Source of the DNA: Phoronis australis
Lineage: Eukaryota; Animalia; Phoronida
Assembly: GCA_002633005.1 (NCBI GenBank)
Contig: NMRA01000408.1
Span: forward strand, 124,001 to 188,000
Reading direction: 5' to 3'
Length of the DNA stretch: 64,000 nucleotides
Both the position numbers and the translations under genes were made by a program. Below the pieces are notes generated by a model. That model was not told the DNA's origin, made no database searches, and worked only from the letters and a program-made list of their open reading frames with translations. The first letter of the stretch is position 1, and the number at the start of each line of letters is the position of its first letter. Shown here piece by piece: positions 1 through 12,761 of the stretch.

Positions 1-417
1 GCCAGTTAATCTGTATATTAAAACGGCTAGACAGCCATGTTCTGTCAAAGAAATCAACTTCTGATTTAGACCAATAATTGCCAGAAACTTGATCTTAACT
101 CGTTCCTTGCTTAGATGAGAAGAAATCTATAGGCTCGGAAAGAACTTGCAGTTCGTTTTTTCTCGAGACTGTACCAATCGAACAGAATGACATGCCATGC
201 TAACTTGAAGAGCCATGTCCGTCATTCAATTACAAACAACCAATCTTTAAAACCCTGAAATCACCCACAATTCGAGACCAATTTCATACAGCTATGTGGT
301 GTAAATCAAAAGTTATTTTTGTGATGAAAGTTGGGTTCATAGCCGCTCTAAATATATTTTGAATCATCAAAAGTATAATTATAACTTTTACAAGCATAAC
401 AGCAACAGTAACAGTAC

Positions 418-3400
418 CTCAGCCAATGGCTCCGTCTCCACCGACTTCAACTCCACCTCTATGGAGGGTGATCTCTCCTCCTCTGGAGAACCAGCCTCCT
501 GAGTTATGTCCCCTGATGTCTGCTCTTCTGTTTCTATCTTTTTCTTCCGTTGCTTTCCATAGACGACACGCTTCTTCTGCGGCTCCTCCGCCTGGTCTCT
601 CTGAGGCACCTTGATACCTGGTAGGGGTGTGGTAATACCGGGATAAACGTGAGCATATGACACTTGACAATATACGAGACAGAAACTGAGTTATTCATAC
701 TACCGAGTGTCAATCAGTACATTTGCCTGACTAATGGAGACTTTTAGAAATTAATTGAAGCTGACCACATTTGACTGGAGACTCTTATTGCCACCTGGCT
801 GCATCAGGAGGTACTTCTTCGCATCAGGTGGCACAGGGGAACATTTTTACTCCATATATATACAGTACATGGGACTAGGCATGATGCATTCTAAACAAAA
901 CTTAAATTGCTTCCTTCTTTCAGAGGTCACCCCACATGATCATCCGCCACATTGCTATTTGAAAGTCACCGATTCTAACAGTTCCTACGTGTAAATTTAT
1001 ATGTCAAGTATTCTGGCAAACATTTTGTTGTTCAGGGTTCTGTTTGTTCAACTTCAGGGCAGAAACACGATCAGTTGCACATAACTACCGTCGATTAAAA
1101 CAACTGTGGTTCATTAGATGTTTTGGTGACCAAACAGACTGAGCGTTGGGGAAGGTGTCAGATACTGCCATCAAATCAACACTCCTGCTTCCGACTAGAC
1201 TTTTAAATGTTTTAGTTGTTTTGAAATATTTTAGCCACTTTTAAAAGTTATTTGCTAGTATGCCACACTTAATAAAATACACTATTGCAGTGACGGCAGC
1301 TTTTCTTCTTCATACCATACTGATGCTCTTCACAATAATATTCTGTGTAAAGGAACAAGTCGCAGCAAAACTTATGACTGTAAGCGGTTCAATTCAGAAG
1401 TTTGTGTTACTTACATCTAAAATCTATCTTTACAGGGCATTTCAATCAATACAGAAATTCAAGAAATTGGGCACATTAGGTCCTTCCGAATTACGGTGTT
1501 TACAAATGGTTGACCTCAGAAATTCCACCAATACTACCATGCTGATACTTTGAGTTTCACAGAGACGCAGTGAAATTCCACAGGTGAATAGATAACTTAC
1601 AAACTAGGACTAGTGTAACAGGGCTGATATTTTCGACACAGTATTGCAGCAAACGATAGCCAGTACATGGCACAACTAAGATTGGTACGGCCCACACATC
1701 TAAACTTTGGTCATGTAACAGTCAGTTTGTCTTGCAATATTGTGTTAACTTTATCTAGTCTCTTTTTTTCAGCAGGCACTTCCATATACAGCAACAACAG
1801 CAGTCACAGATTATTTTTGAAAGAAAATGACAAAGTCTTGAAAGTCTTGAAGAGACTCCACTTATTGACAAACATCTTCATTCATGATCAACAAATGTCC
1901 GTTCCTACACGATCTGTAGTTTTTTCAATTAAGGCTCATTTTAAACCACTGCTGCTCCTTTGTTGGCCACTCACCCTGTGCCTTCATAAGCTCCAACATC
2001 TGTTGCGCCCTCTTCTGGTCCTGCTTCTGTCTATCAGTCAGCAGACGACCTTCCTTGCGCAGACGCTCCTTGCGCTCTTTCTCTTTCTGCTTCTTTTTCT
2101 CCTTCCGCTCTTCCTCGAGCCGTTTCTGAAAATCAAGTCCCCAGATGAAAATCCCAGTTGCAAGTCTTACAAAATGGAAGCCAATGAAAATTGAGAAGCA
2201 GAGAGCAACAGAATTTAGGAAACCGGTCTGCCAAAGCATCAGTAACAGCTTAAAAACAGAAAAGTATACTGTCTCTGTCTTTATCAATTTTCAATCAATA
2301 TTGTGCGAGTTCTACAACAATCGTCTTGTAGATTAACAACAATAAACTTATTTAAACAGCCGAAAAGAAATTATGTTTGCCTTGTGAGACGTCACAAAGA
2401 GTTTATACTCTTTCATTAAGTACAAGTCACAAATAAGTACAAATTAGTTTACGGCCAAACATATAGCACTTTTTAGGTGACAATTGGCTGCAAGATATTC
2501 AATAGAGTGAATGCTAATATACTGTTATCATCTCTGTGGTAATAACTAAAGAGTAAATTCACATCAATAGAAAAATCCTAATTAACCTGCAAATGTACAG
2601 AGAAAACCATAGTCCGAGACCATAACTATATTCCAATTATAGTAGTCAGGGACACAGTGTAAACACAAATTTATCTGGAAAGATATATGTTTGGTAGAAT
2701 TATTGATGTGATTTCAATATAATTTAATAGCTAACAACTCGGCCTATGCCCCTCAACTGAACACAGCTCAAGGCACAGCACAGGCTATACTCACCCAGGC
2801 TAAATACAGTCTCACATCACCCACATTATCCTCCCCCAGGCTCAAGTCACAGTCCAACATCACCCACAATATCCTCCCCCACGCTCAAGCCACAGTCCCA
2901 CATCACCCACCTTCTCCTCCCTTAGTCTCTCCGCCTCTTCCTCCCGAGCTATCCTCTCTTCTTCCTCCCGTTTTTGTCGTTCTTCTTCTTCTTTCATCTT
3001 CTGAAGTGCCTCTTGCATGGCTTTTATCTAAACAAACATCAATGACTGCACTACAATCAACTCAACAAAGATCGCTGTAAAAACGTGTGACAAGAAACAC
3101 AACTGTTATAAGGGTGACTGTGAAAAGGACAGTGATGTAAGATATTTCCCAACACAAAAGATTACACAATAGATACGAATTCTAAAGAAACAGTGTGCCA
3201 GCTCCAAAGGTACATTTCAAACCGAAGTGTAGAAAGACTAAGTAGTGCTGAAGGTAGGTACCGGGTACGGGAGAGCTTCTGATGGAGCTATGCGTTAATT
3301 TCGGACTTACTCCAGACTAATGCTCTTATAGAAACCGGTACTACCGTGAATCTCGAAAATCACAAAAAAGCTGACCACACTATCTAAACGAGACACCTCC

Positions 3401-6400
3401 CTGCCACTCAAAAGTCAGATTAAAGGCTTTCGCTGTAAACAAATTCTTGGCATTCTATTGGAAACTTGGCTTCTATAGAAAGCTTCTTAGTAATCGTCAG
3501 CCCACCCTCTCAAGCCCCTCAGTATTCCTCTCACTCTACCTGGGCACTAGGGGGTTTCTTCTTCTTCTCCGTCTTCTCTGCTTTGTCTTTCTTTTTCTTC
3601 TTCTTGTCCTTTTTACTCTTCTTCTCACCCTCATCATCATCGTCGCTGGCTCCCTCTGTGAACAACAGAAAGTACTAACATGTGAACTTTCTCAGAAACA
3701 CATCAAGAAGTTACATTAATTCTACACTCCTAACAAGGATCACGGACAACTTTCACTCCAAGCCTCATGTTCACACCATGAATTTTTACAAGAACATTTT
3801 CCTAGTAGGATCATTGTTTGGTTGGATCAATATTCCACTTATTGGTTTTAGTGCTTTACTTAACTTCCCATGCATTTTGACTAGACTCCTTTGTTCAAAA
3901 TCTGCACAAATGTACCTGCAGCTTCTGCTGCCGTTGCTGCGGCAGACTCTTGAGGCTCGTTGGTCGTCGTGGCAACTGAAGGCTCGGCTGACCCCTCTTT
4001 ACTCTCTGGTGCCTCTTCTACCTCTCCTTTGGGCTTTTTACTGGCTTTTTCCTGGCAGAGTTGAAACGAAACTTCAATTTAATATCATATCACGAAGGGA
4101 ACAGCTGGCGAGAAAAGATGTCTCCTGTGAGCAGTGCTAGTTAGCCCAGAATAGGCAGCAAATACTTGAGATATGTCTCAATAAGCTTGAGCATACAGGA
4201 CAACGTGATAATGCTCAACAGCAGAAATTACAATTTATTGCCAAACTCCAACAAAGACATGTGAATCAACCAAAGTATCACAAGATAACAATAATACCGC
4301 ACGTCACGTATCGTACTACCAGCCTACTACAGTGAACAGATGCCACCTGGGACAGATTCATGCTTTGTCAATGACGACATCACAGTCAAAATCTTACCTG
4401 TCTTGCTTTCTTCTCTCGCTCCTTCTTCTCCTTCTTCTTCTGGGCTGCCGTCTTCATCGTCACACCTCCTTCCCCCTCCTCCTCCTGACCCTTGACCTCA
4501 TCCTGACCCTCACCATCTCCCTCGACGATCTCTTCAGTTTTCGCCTCTTCCTTACCCTTTTTACCTTTCTTTTTCTTCTTCTTCTTGTCTTCATCCGAGT
4601 CTGGATACAGGTCCTCTGCAGTCATTACCTTCACCTCTGCAATAGTCGTTGCTTCCACCTCCTGTCCATCGGCGGCTTCCTCCGCCTTATTCTCTTCCTT
4701 TCCCTTCTTAGCTTTCTTTTTCTTCTTCTTTTTGTCCTCATCTGAATCTGGATACAAGTCTTCAGCAGTCATCACCTGAAAAATGACAGCTCTAGTTGAA
4801 GACACATTGCTCGCACACTACCCAAGTGCACAACAGGTGTCACTGTTATGCAGGGCGTGTATGCATTCCTACGGCAAATTTTGTTTTGAAATCAGGTATT
4901 TTGCAGTTTCAATTAAGTTTCATTCTTATTTAGAATACAGATTTTCTGGCCCCCGAAAGCGGGCTAAATATATGGAGAATGTCCAGTACAAGGACATCAA
5001 TCATTTAAAACAATTAAGCATGAGACCGAAAATTGGCTTTAGAGCCTAAGTTTCAAAGGTCACTGTCACAGTATTACTACAAAATGTTGAAATGTTCAAG
5101 TCTCCTGACAAATGCATGGCGGAAGACAAAATAGACAACAAATGTGCACGGTTCTGCTACACCAAAAATCAAACACGGCACAAATTGCACGTCGTGTTTC
5201 TGGATCCCCATCTTCCTGATGTATCGTTCTAGAAGTAAATAGGGTTATGTGACAGAAATATTTCTTGTGTTGTACAATTTAACTGCAAGAAACCTTTTTT
5301 GCACGAATAAAGTCAAAACGAGATAAAGAAGATGAGAAAAGAGGAAAATGGAAATCAAATAATAAGAAATCGAAACCAAAAAAAGAGGAAATCCTCTTAA
5401 ATGAGGAGAATTCCAAGCCCTGAAGCAGGACACAGAACTTTCCAAACAGAGTGCAACATCATCCTTGAATACAGTGAAGGATAACACCGATACACACTAG
5501 AACACAGGGACACATATAATTTTGCCGACAGAAAGTATAAAATTCCACATAAAAACCAACATAACTCAAGACAGTAGAGCACATGTGAACACACCAAAAT
5601 ATCGCCCACTGCCCAACATGCAATACAAATACAAAAACTCTACACAACAAGTAGAGTTACCTTAATGTTATCCATCTTCTCATCCAATGCCCCACTATCA
5701 GTAGCTTCCTGACCAGCCATCTCCGTACCTTCGTCGTCACCATCGTCGCCTCCCTTTTTCTTCTTCTTTATCTTCTTCCCTTTTTCAACCGGCTTCTGAA
5801 TCTCCGCTAATATGGCGTCTAGATCGACATCTTCCGGTTTCTTATTTTTCTCTTTCTTCTTTTTATTAGCATTCTTGGAGACGGGAGGTTCGTTGTCAGC
5901 CTCCGCACTTTTGGGCTTCGACTGTGTTTTGACAGGTTTTTCGTCCAAGTCTTCGTCTGAGTCCTGCAAAGATTTAAGAGACAGTCCAACAGGTCCATGA
6001 ATATAGTACATAACTTAGAAATCGCAAAAAGCAACCTTTTCAACTCTCGACGCATTTGACAGGAAAAAAATTCTGCTAATTAAACACACAACTCAAAGTT
6101 ACAACATGAATGTGGAAACTCTGAGAAGCACTAACCAATGATTACAAGTTAAACCGTGCCTCAAACACTGTAAGCTAGAAACTCAACATTTCAAACACAA
6201 GCTGCGCATGATATAAGATCAAAATCTGCCGAATAAAAGTTTGAATCTGAAGATCAAGTTGTTTGCAAATCGGAGAATACAATTGGCTATACAGCAGGAT
6301 TAACTAGTACATCGATCATATTTTAAAAACATTCAAGAAGTTCAAGTTGTCGCTAGGTTTGAGGGCTATGTGGATGCTATTTAAATTAGCGCAACTTAGC

Positions 6401-6612
6401 CCACTTGTGATGACTTACCCCACCCACATCGAGTTGGAGTAACTTGTTCAAGGGAAGCTCGCGCCACTTCTAATTACTGCGTGGCCGCAAACCTGCCATT
6501 GCATAGACTGGTTTTCTTTTGCACGCCGTCCTCGCATTAGGTGTTCATTGTCACGCACAGAGCAACAACTTCTGCCTTACCCTAGTTATCGGATGAGTGT
6601 GTGTGTGGGTGT

Positions 6613-6653
<41 letters not shown>

Positions 6654-9600
6654 CGCGCGCGTGTACGCTCCACTTAAAAGTGGGGGTAAGTTGCACTAGT
6701 GCAAGTTGTTCAAGGGTAGGCTATGTGTGGGCGGCGCTTAAGTATCTCCCATACTATCTGAATGTGCCTGACTGTTTAGAACTGGAACGCGCAAGAGTTC
6801 TAGCACATGAAACGGTACTGTATCCTTTCAACTGTTAATTTAAAGTATTTTAAAAGTTGATGTCATGAAACTCACATGTTAAAATCTGACCAAAAACACA
6901 AACCAAAAAAAATACAAAATGACATCCATAATTCAAAAGGATTTGTGCATGGCATTAGGTGACCAACACAGGAAGAGGCTCCAATTCAGTAAGTTGAAAA
7001 TTTATGACACCAACATCAGTAAATACTTGAGGCTACATAGCATCCTAGAAAACTTTCCAAATCTGCCCAACGTCGGAACACAGTATCTCACAAACAGCTC
7101 ACCAGATTCATATGAAACTTCAGATACTACGCTTTACGCAGCATTCTCCAAAACACAAGAATACCTTTTACTATTCCCACTTTTGCACGACAGGCTATCA
7201 AAAAAATAAGGACATTTATGATCTTCATAAAAAACTCTTCCGTGTTCCATGAAATGAAAACAAAATATTTTAGAAAACTGAGCAGTTTTGAGATCTCATC
7301 TCGAGGATTTGTATCAAATGAATTAAATCGTGCTGATGATACCAGTGTTTTGTTATCACAAAACCTTCTTTTTGCTTAATGTTGCTAAAAAACATCGTTG
7401 TGTGACCCAATTACTGGCAGATTGACAAACGTAAAAAATCAAATTCTACAGAATTTCTGCTTTCAGAAAGTATGTACTTTAACTGAGCTAACATGAAGTC
7501 ATAATAGCTTTAAAAGTAAAACTTACAACTTGGTGGGTCACACATATCAATACTCTCAATAACCAGACCCTCAAGACGTGTTAGGACACAATCACGAATG
7601 TTATCATAATGATGACAAATTGAGAACTATGTTTTCATTTGACCTGTTACGGCTACAATGTCCAGTATGAGTTTCAATTTGAATCGTGCATTTTTACCTG
7701 AACTAAAACAGTCTTCTAATGGACACAAAAATAACTTGGCGTCCGTCAGCATGAGGTACCAGTCAACCGTGCTCACCTCATTGCTCTCTGGTTCATCAAT
7801 TGCTAACAAGGAGAATGCCGATACAACGTTGCCCGTGCCTTTGTTCTGTTTTGTGCTTGCTACGTCATTATCCTCGTCGTTCACACCAACAGAGGGCGCT
7901 TTGATTTCAGCGACGACATCATCCTCTCTAAAATAACAAACGGCATTTCTGACGAATCTGTTACTGAGTCTAGTTTCCCGTCAAACCAAGGGATCACAGC
8001 GCTTTCGAAGGTTTGTTATAACCACCTGGATCTAAGTTCATTGTCAAATAATCAGAAGGGCACTTAACGGATCCAAGCCGCTTTTCTCTTTTATTTGGGA
8101 CTGTCACTGTTCTCTTTTGATGCGCAGCTTTACTGTGGTACGCAAGCGCAAGTTCCCACACTTGAATCGCTGCAGTACACGTTACATTAGCAGTAACATG
8201 TGAGTGGCAGACGACTCAAACATGTGCATGTGCAACGCCTCAGAAACAAGGGCTTCAGAATTTCTTCGCCAGCAACTCAAAACTACTCTGCTGAAATAAA
8301 AGTCGGGGCCATCGTTTGGCTATTAACAGGGTGGTCATTTTCACGTTTCCTGCATTTTACGATAAAAAACGAGACACACATTGAAACAGACTGTTACTTG
8401 ACATTTCCAAGTCACAATCTTTTGCTGGGACCACGGCCCTGCGCGCGAACAACGTGATCGGAATATTGTAATTGCATAATTAGGACAGCTTACATGAAAA
8501 CTAAACAAGTTTTTCCAGCACAACGTTTGGTAAGTTGATCGTTCAAGAATTAGAAGAAATATCCCTGTTTTGTGACGTTTTATCACGTGTTCCACCGTGG
8601 TTTAAAATTTTCTTTGGCGCATCCGAAATTTGCAAAAAAAGTAGCCGAAAATACTAGCCCATGCAACGCATCAAAGATCGATTCGGCATGATCCCACGTT
8701 CATGCAAAATTTTTACAACTACAAGTCATCCAGAGGGCTGTTCTTTTGAACTTGATTTGGGTACAACCAAATAACGGCCAGACTCACAGAAGTTACTTTA
8801 TATTTGACAGGTATCTGCCGAGAAGGGTAAAACTCAGCACATTGAAAAATCCCGGTTGCCAATTGCGAATTCATATGAGCTGCCAGGTACTCATCTAGGA
8901 TTTGAAAAGTGGGGGCCCTGGCCAGCTCACCAAAAACTTAGCTCGCACTTCCAAATTTCAGGTCCAAACCTGTAGCTCGTTATGACAAGTGCTGAATAAG
9001 CACAATAAATAGAAGGATTTGTACACATAAGACTTATGCTGCCAGTGTTTTTCCAATGTGTTCATTTGCTAGTAAGCCGATCTTGGATAGCAGCCATTAC
9101 AAAAGTGTGACATCTCTTGGCAGGATTGATACAGTGATCCCGTGCATGTTGGATAACCCAAAAATTTGGCAAGCATATTGAAGAAAAAAAGAGGGTGCGT
9201 GTTCTCGCGGACATATTTCGGATGGTGTTATGGCGGACATATGCCATCTTAGAGACTAAGTGGAAGTTAGGTAATGAGATAACTATCATTACTGCTACTG
9301 GCAGGATAAAATACACAGAAACACATTCTGCATCCAATTAGCTTGGGCCAAGGTTACCTATTAGTTATCATTCTGGCCAAGAGGTGGCACACTTTTAAAA
9401 TGGCTGCCACACTAAATCGGCATTGCAAATGAATGCCTTGGAAAAACTCCGAATCTATGAATAATCAGGAACCAATCGGTACAAGTAGGGGTAGTACAGA
9501 GAAACTAGGATGGCGGTAAAATTCCAACGAGTCTAAATAAAAGTCTAATATAATAACAACCAAGCTCCCTTACCACTACACGAAAAAATTATACACTTCC

Positions 9601-10522
9601 TTGAATAATAGGAATTTATTTACCACATTACTTGAATTACAACAAAATTTTAAGTAACATATGTCACATGTTCACCACTTTACGTTGCTCTGACGTCTGC
9701 TTTGTGTGGTGACTTTGAAAGTGTACGGTAAATACACTCTCTTTGCCAAGTTATATTTAGGTCACTCGGTCCCTTGTCATGTAAAGGAACTGGTATTAAA
9801 ATAATAAAAAGTTATAAGGAAATGAAACCAGTTCCGATGATTTGTATGTAACTTTGTGGAAGAAGAACAGTTGACTGAATAATCAGTGAAAACAGAAACT
9901 GGCCAATAGGTGGAGCACTGGCGCCGGCCCAAAAGATCACTCCACAACTTCAACAGCGGAATAACAGTAGAACGACAATTTCTCCAAAACTGGAAAATAA
10001 TGAAATTTACTTAAGGAAGATTGTAGTTTTCAGTGACATTAATTTTTTACCAGATTTTATTTGTTCAGTTTTTTTACTCAGATCGGCGCAAAGCTGTTTA
10101 GTAGGTATACAGCTTTGCGCAAAGACTAGGAATCACCTAGTCTTGACGCAAAGCTGTATACTAAATATACAGCTTTGCGCCAATGTGGGTAAAAACCTGG
10201 CTATATAAAATCTGACACAAAATTAGTGTCATTAAAAACTAGTCTTCCTTGAGTAAACTAAATTATTTGACAGCCGGCCCACCGAGGGGCTACGTGTTGT
10301 CTACTAGCTGAGTCGAGTCGAATTGTGAACCAAAAACGCGTTTGTGTCAAAATAATACCATAAAGCCATAAACATGAACACATGTTCTTCAAAGCAGCCA
10401 AAGCGTGACACGTGAAACTGAGTTACGACTGTGAAACCGAATGAAATCGAGTGAAAGAAGTGGAACTCTACTTACAAATCATCGTCTTGACGATTCTTTG
10501 AGCCCTTTTTTGGTTTCCCCAT
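418..10522 (-). CDS. EIF5B: Eukaryotic translation initiation factor 5B, N-terminal exons (gene continues beyond left edge)
   Basis: Exons 10522-10476, 7927-7777, 5963-5661, 4775-4398, 4051-3916, 3655-3540, 3027-2911, 2125-1975, 617-418, all GT-AG and phase-compatible. Translation MGKPKKGSKNRQDDD..DVDLDAILAEI..KTAAQKKKEKKEREKK..IKAMQEALQKMKEEEERQKREEEERI..KKKQKEKERKERLRKEGRLLT..MKAQG matches the Lys/Glu-rich N-terminus of eIF5B; the GTPase domain would lie left of the window. Confidence 0.9.
2805..2910. repeat. 43-bp tandem repeat (3 units) overlapping an eIF5B splice donor
   Basis: Units ending in CATCACCCAC at 2824, 2867 and 2910. Confidence 0.8.
6597..6663. repeat. (GT)n-(GC)n alternating purine-pyrimidine microsatellite
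   Basis: Directly visible GT run followed by GCGCGC run in an eIF5B intron. Confidence 0.95.
9995..10268. mobile_element. Fold-back / MITE-like palindromic element in eIF5B intron 1
   Basis: Arms TTTACTTAAGGAAGA (10006-10020) and TCTTCCTTGAGTAAA (10243-10257); central palindrome AAGACTAGG-aatca-CCTAGTCTT; two internal GCAAAGCTGT..ACAGCTTTGC hairpins. Confidence 0.75.
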
Positions 10523-10619
10523 ATCCTGTAGATGTCATTCGAAGCGTTGTATAAACTTTGCTAATCTTTTTAAAAGAAATAATGATACAATTCTTTAAAA
10601 TATGTCTTTATCTTTACAA

Positions 10620-10670
10620 TGCGCCGCTTAACAGGAAGTACGTGAGTGAGTATGCGCAATAACCACGCAG
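10620..10670. promoter_or_regulatory. Probable eIF5B proximal promoter
   Basis: CpG-rich patch about 100-150 nt upstream of the ATG with an ETS-type CAGGAAGT (10632-10639) and TGCGCA; inference from position and motif only. Confidence 0.35.
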
Positions 10671-12761
10671 TGTAAAGTACTAGATAAAATTGAATATCAA
10701 AACTGAAGCCAAACATTTATGTATCACTTATGTTTCATTTAGTTATTGCTCTAGACTGCTTTGATTTACATAGTTTCATAAATACAAGCCTGCTACACAA
10801 TCTAAGGTATTTGTCGAAGTTTTTTTTCATAGTACTTTACAAGACAAAATTCAGAGCTCTTACACAATGTTGTGAAAGCAACTATTGCCTGAGAGTGAGA
10901 TTGGTGATAGTAGGGATATAGTAATAAAACAATTAACAATCAAGATAAAATCAGATGTTAAGGGGCAATAGAAATGTACAGATGATTCCAAGAATCGTGT
11001 CGGAAAATATCGCATCCACTTCTCAACAACTATCTACCGAGTCTAGCTGTAGGCTGTATAGCCCATTCGACTCTAGGAAACCTAGAAAATGACTGTGGCA
11101 GCTGCCGGGGAGTGAGCAGAAGACAGTCGAGCACTGGGTTTTATACGAAGCGTTTTTGATTTATTTATTCAATTAATTAATTAATTTACATCGATTCATG
11201 ATAACATAATGATATACAATACATTTTAAAGATGTGTTTAATCTGGTAGTCATTGCAATGTAAAACACTGGTCTCACTGGGCTTCCAGAGCCCGGTAACC
11301 AGGTAGAAATATCTTGCGTCAACAAATAATAAGAGAGGACTACACCAAAGGTACACAACATCAACAAAGATAAAATAACAACTTTATACAGAAGTAAATA
11401 TCACAAATAAGACAAGAAGGCGCACAACAAATTAAAATATTAAAAAATAAGACGAAAGCGCTCAGATTCCAGAGCGACACCTGTAGAACTGAATGGAATG
11501 AACTTGCCTGAGAGATTGACTACGCAATGAAGAACACCGACGCTTCAACCACGATGGATTATGACTCCGGACGAACACCACCGCGTCAGCAACGACGACA
11601 AAATTGCAACTCACAATTCATATACTTATGCATAATGAGTGTTCACGGCTATATGTTTGAAGAGGCATGGAAAGCGAAATTCACAAAGATCGTGGCGATT
11701 CTACTTTCTGAGATGCTAACGTGAAAGGTTCACTTTGAATGTTGCAGGAATTTCTAGAAAAATCGTCAGATTTACTATTTTTGAAACACAAAGTCATTTT
11801 TTGGCTTTGAAACGAATCGATATTGAACTGTACGGTGAATTCTCAATATTATTGAAAATAAGTAGGGATCTTTTCATGCAACGTGCCTAATTTAAAGGAA
11901 TAAGTCCCTAATTATCACGACTCAATTACTAAAGGCTCAGGTTTTAGTTATGCTATTAGAAAATGTGATTAGTCATATAAGGAGCTTATAATAAAGATAA
12001 AATGATAGAAAATATTACATCTGTGAGTAAGAACGAAACGAATGCCCAAAACGATTTAGGGAACTTAGTTGAGTCCCTGTTTTGTTACTGTTTCATGCAA
12101 CCAGACACGGGGAAACATAGGCCCAAAAATGTGCCCTTGAAATGGGAAGGACAGTCATATGAAGGTAAAGGACGGACTCAAAAATACGAATGATGCACGT
12201 GAAACAGAAAGGATGAGGTAGTGACGGAAAGGACGCGCCATTGTTTTAGTTTTCGATTTCAGATCGTGTAGAAGTTACCGAATGTCACTGCTGTGTCGCA
12301 CGCTAAACGTTCAATAAAATTGTTACTCATGTTGCCGTCATAGCATAACGATGTACCCCCGGTCGAAGAAACTTCAAAATGACATCCACTAAAAATTTTA
12401 ATGGCCTACAAAATAAAGGATCAATGCTCTATTTCTCATTTTTCGTTGTTCCTTCTCATTTTGGGCCGACCGGTTCTTCCTAGCCCTAAGTTTGTCCTTC
12501 CCATAGGTAGTCCGAACTTCACATTGGATGATACGGCCCCACACTTCTTAAAATAGGTATCGAAATCTAGTTAGGCAAAATTCAACAAATGTTGGTCAGG
12601 CAAATTCCTCAACAATGAACGCGCAATCATCTGCGGGGATGATAAACACGATGCACGTGACCGTGTAATAAAAGTGACAAGAATCCTACCGCGTGTTGAG
12701 CTTCTCACGCTCTTGCATCTTGTAACCAGACAAATAAAATGTACCGTGGTCTTGATTTAGT

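Noticed and set aside
1667-4745. Leu/Phe-rich plus-strand ORFs resembling membrane proteins
   Set aside because: Antisense shadows of the Lys/Glu-rich eIF5B exons.
620-10470. Intronic snoRNAs in eIF5B
   Set aside because: No convincing paired C/D boxes with a terminal stem seen by eye; needs snoscan or Infernal.
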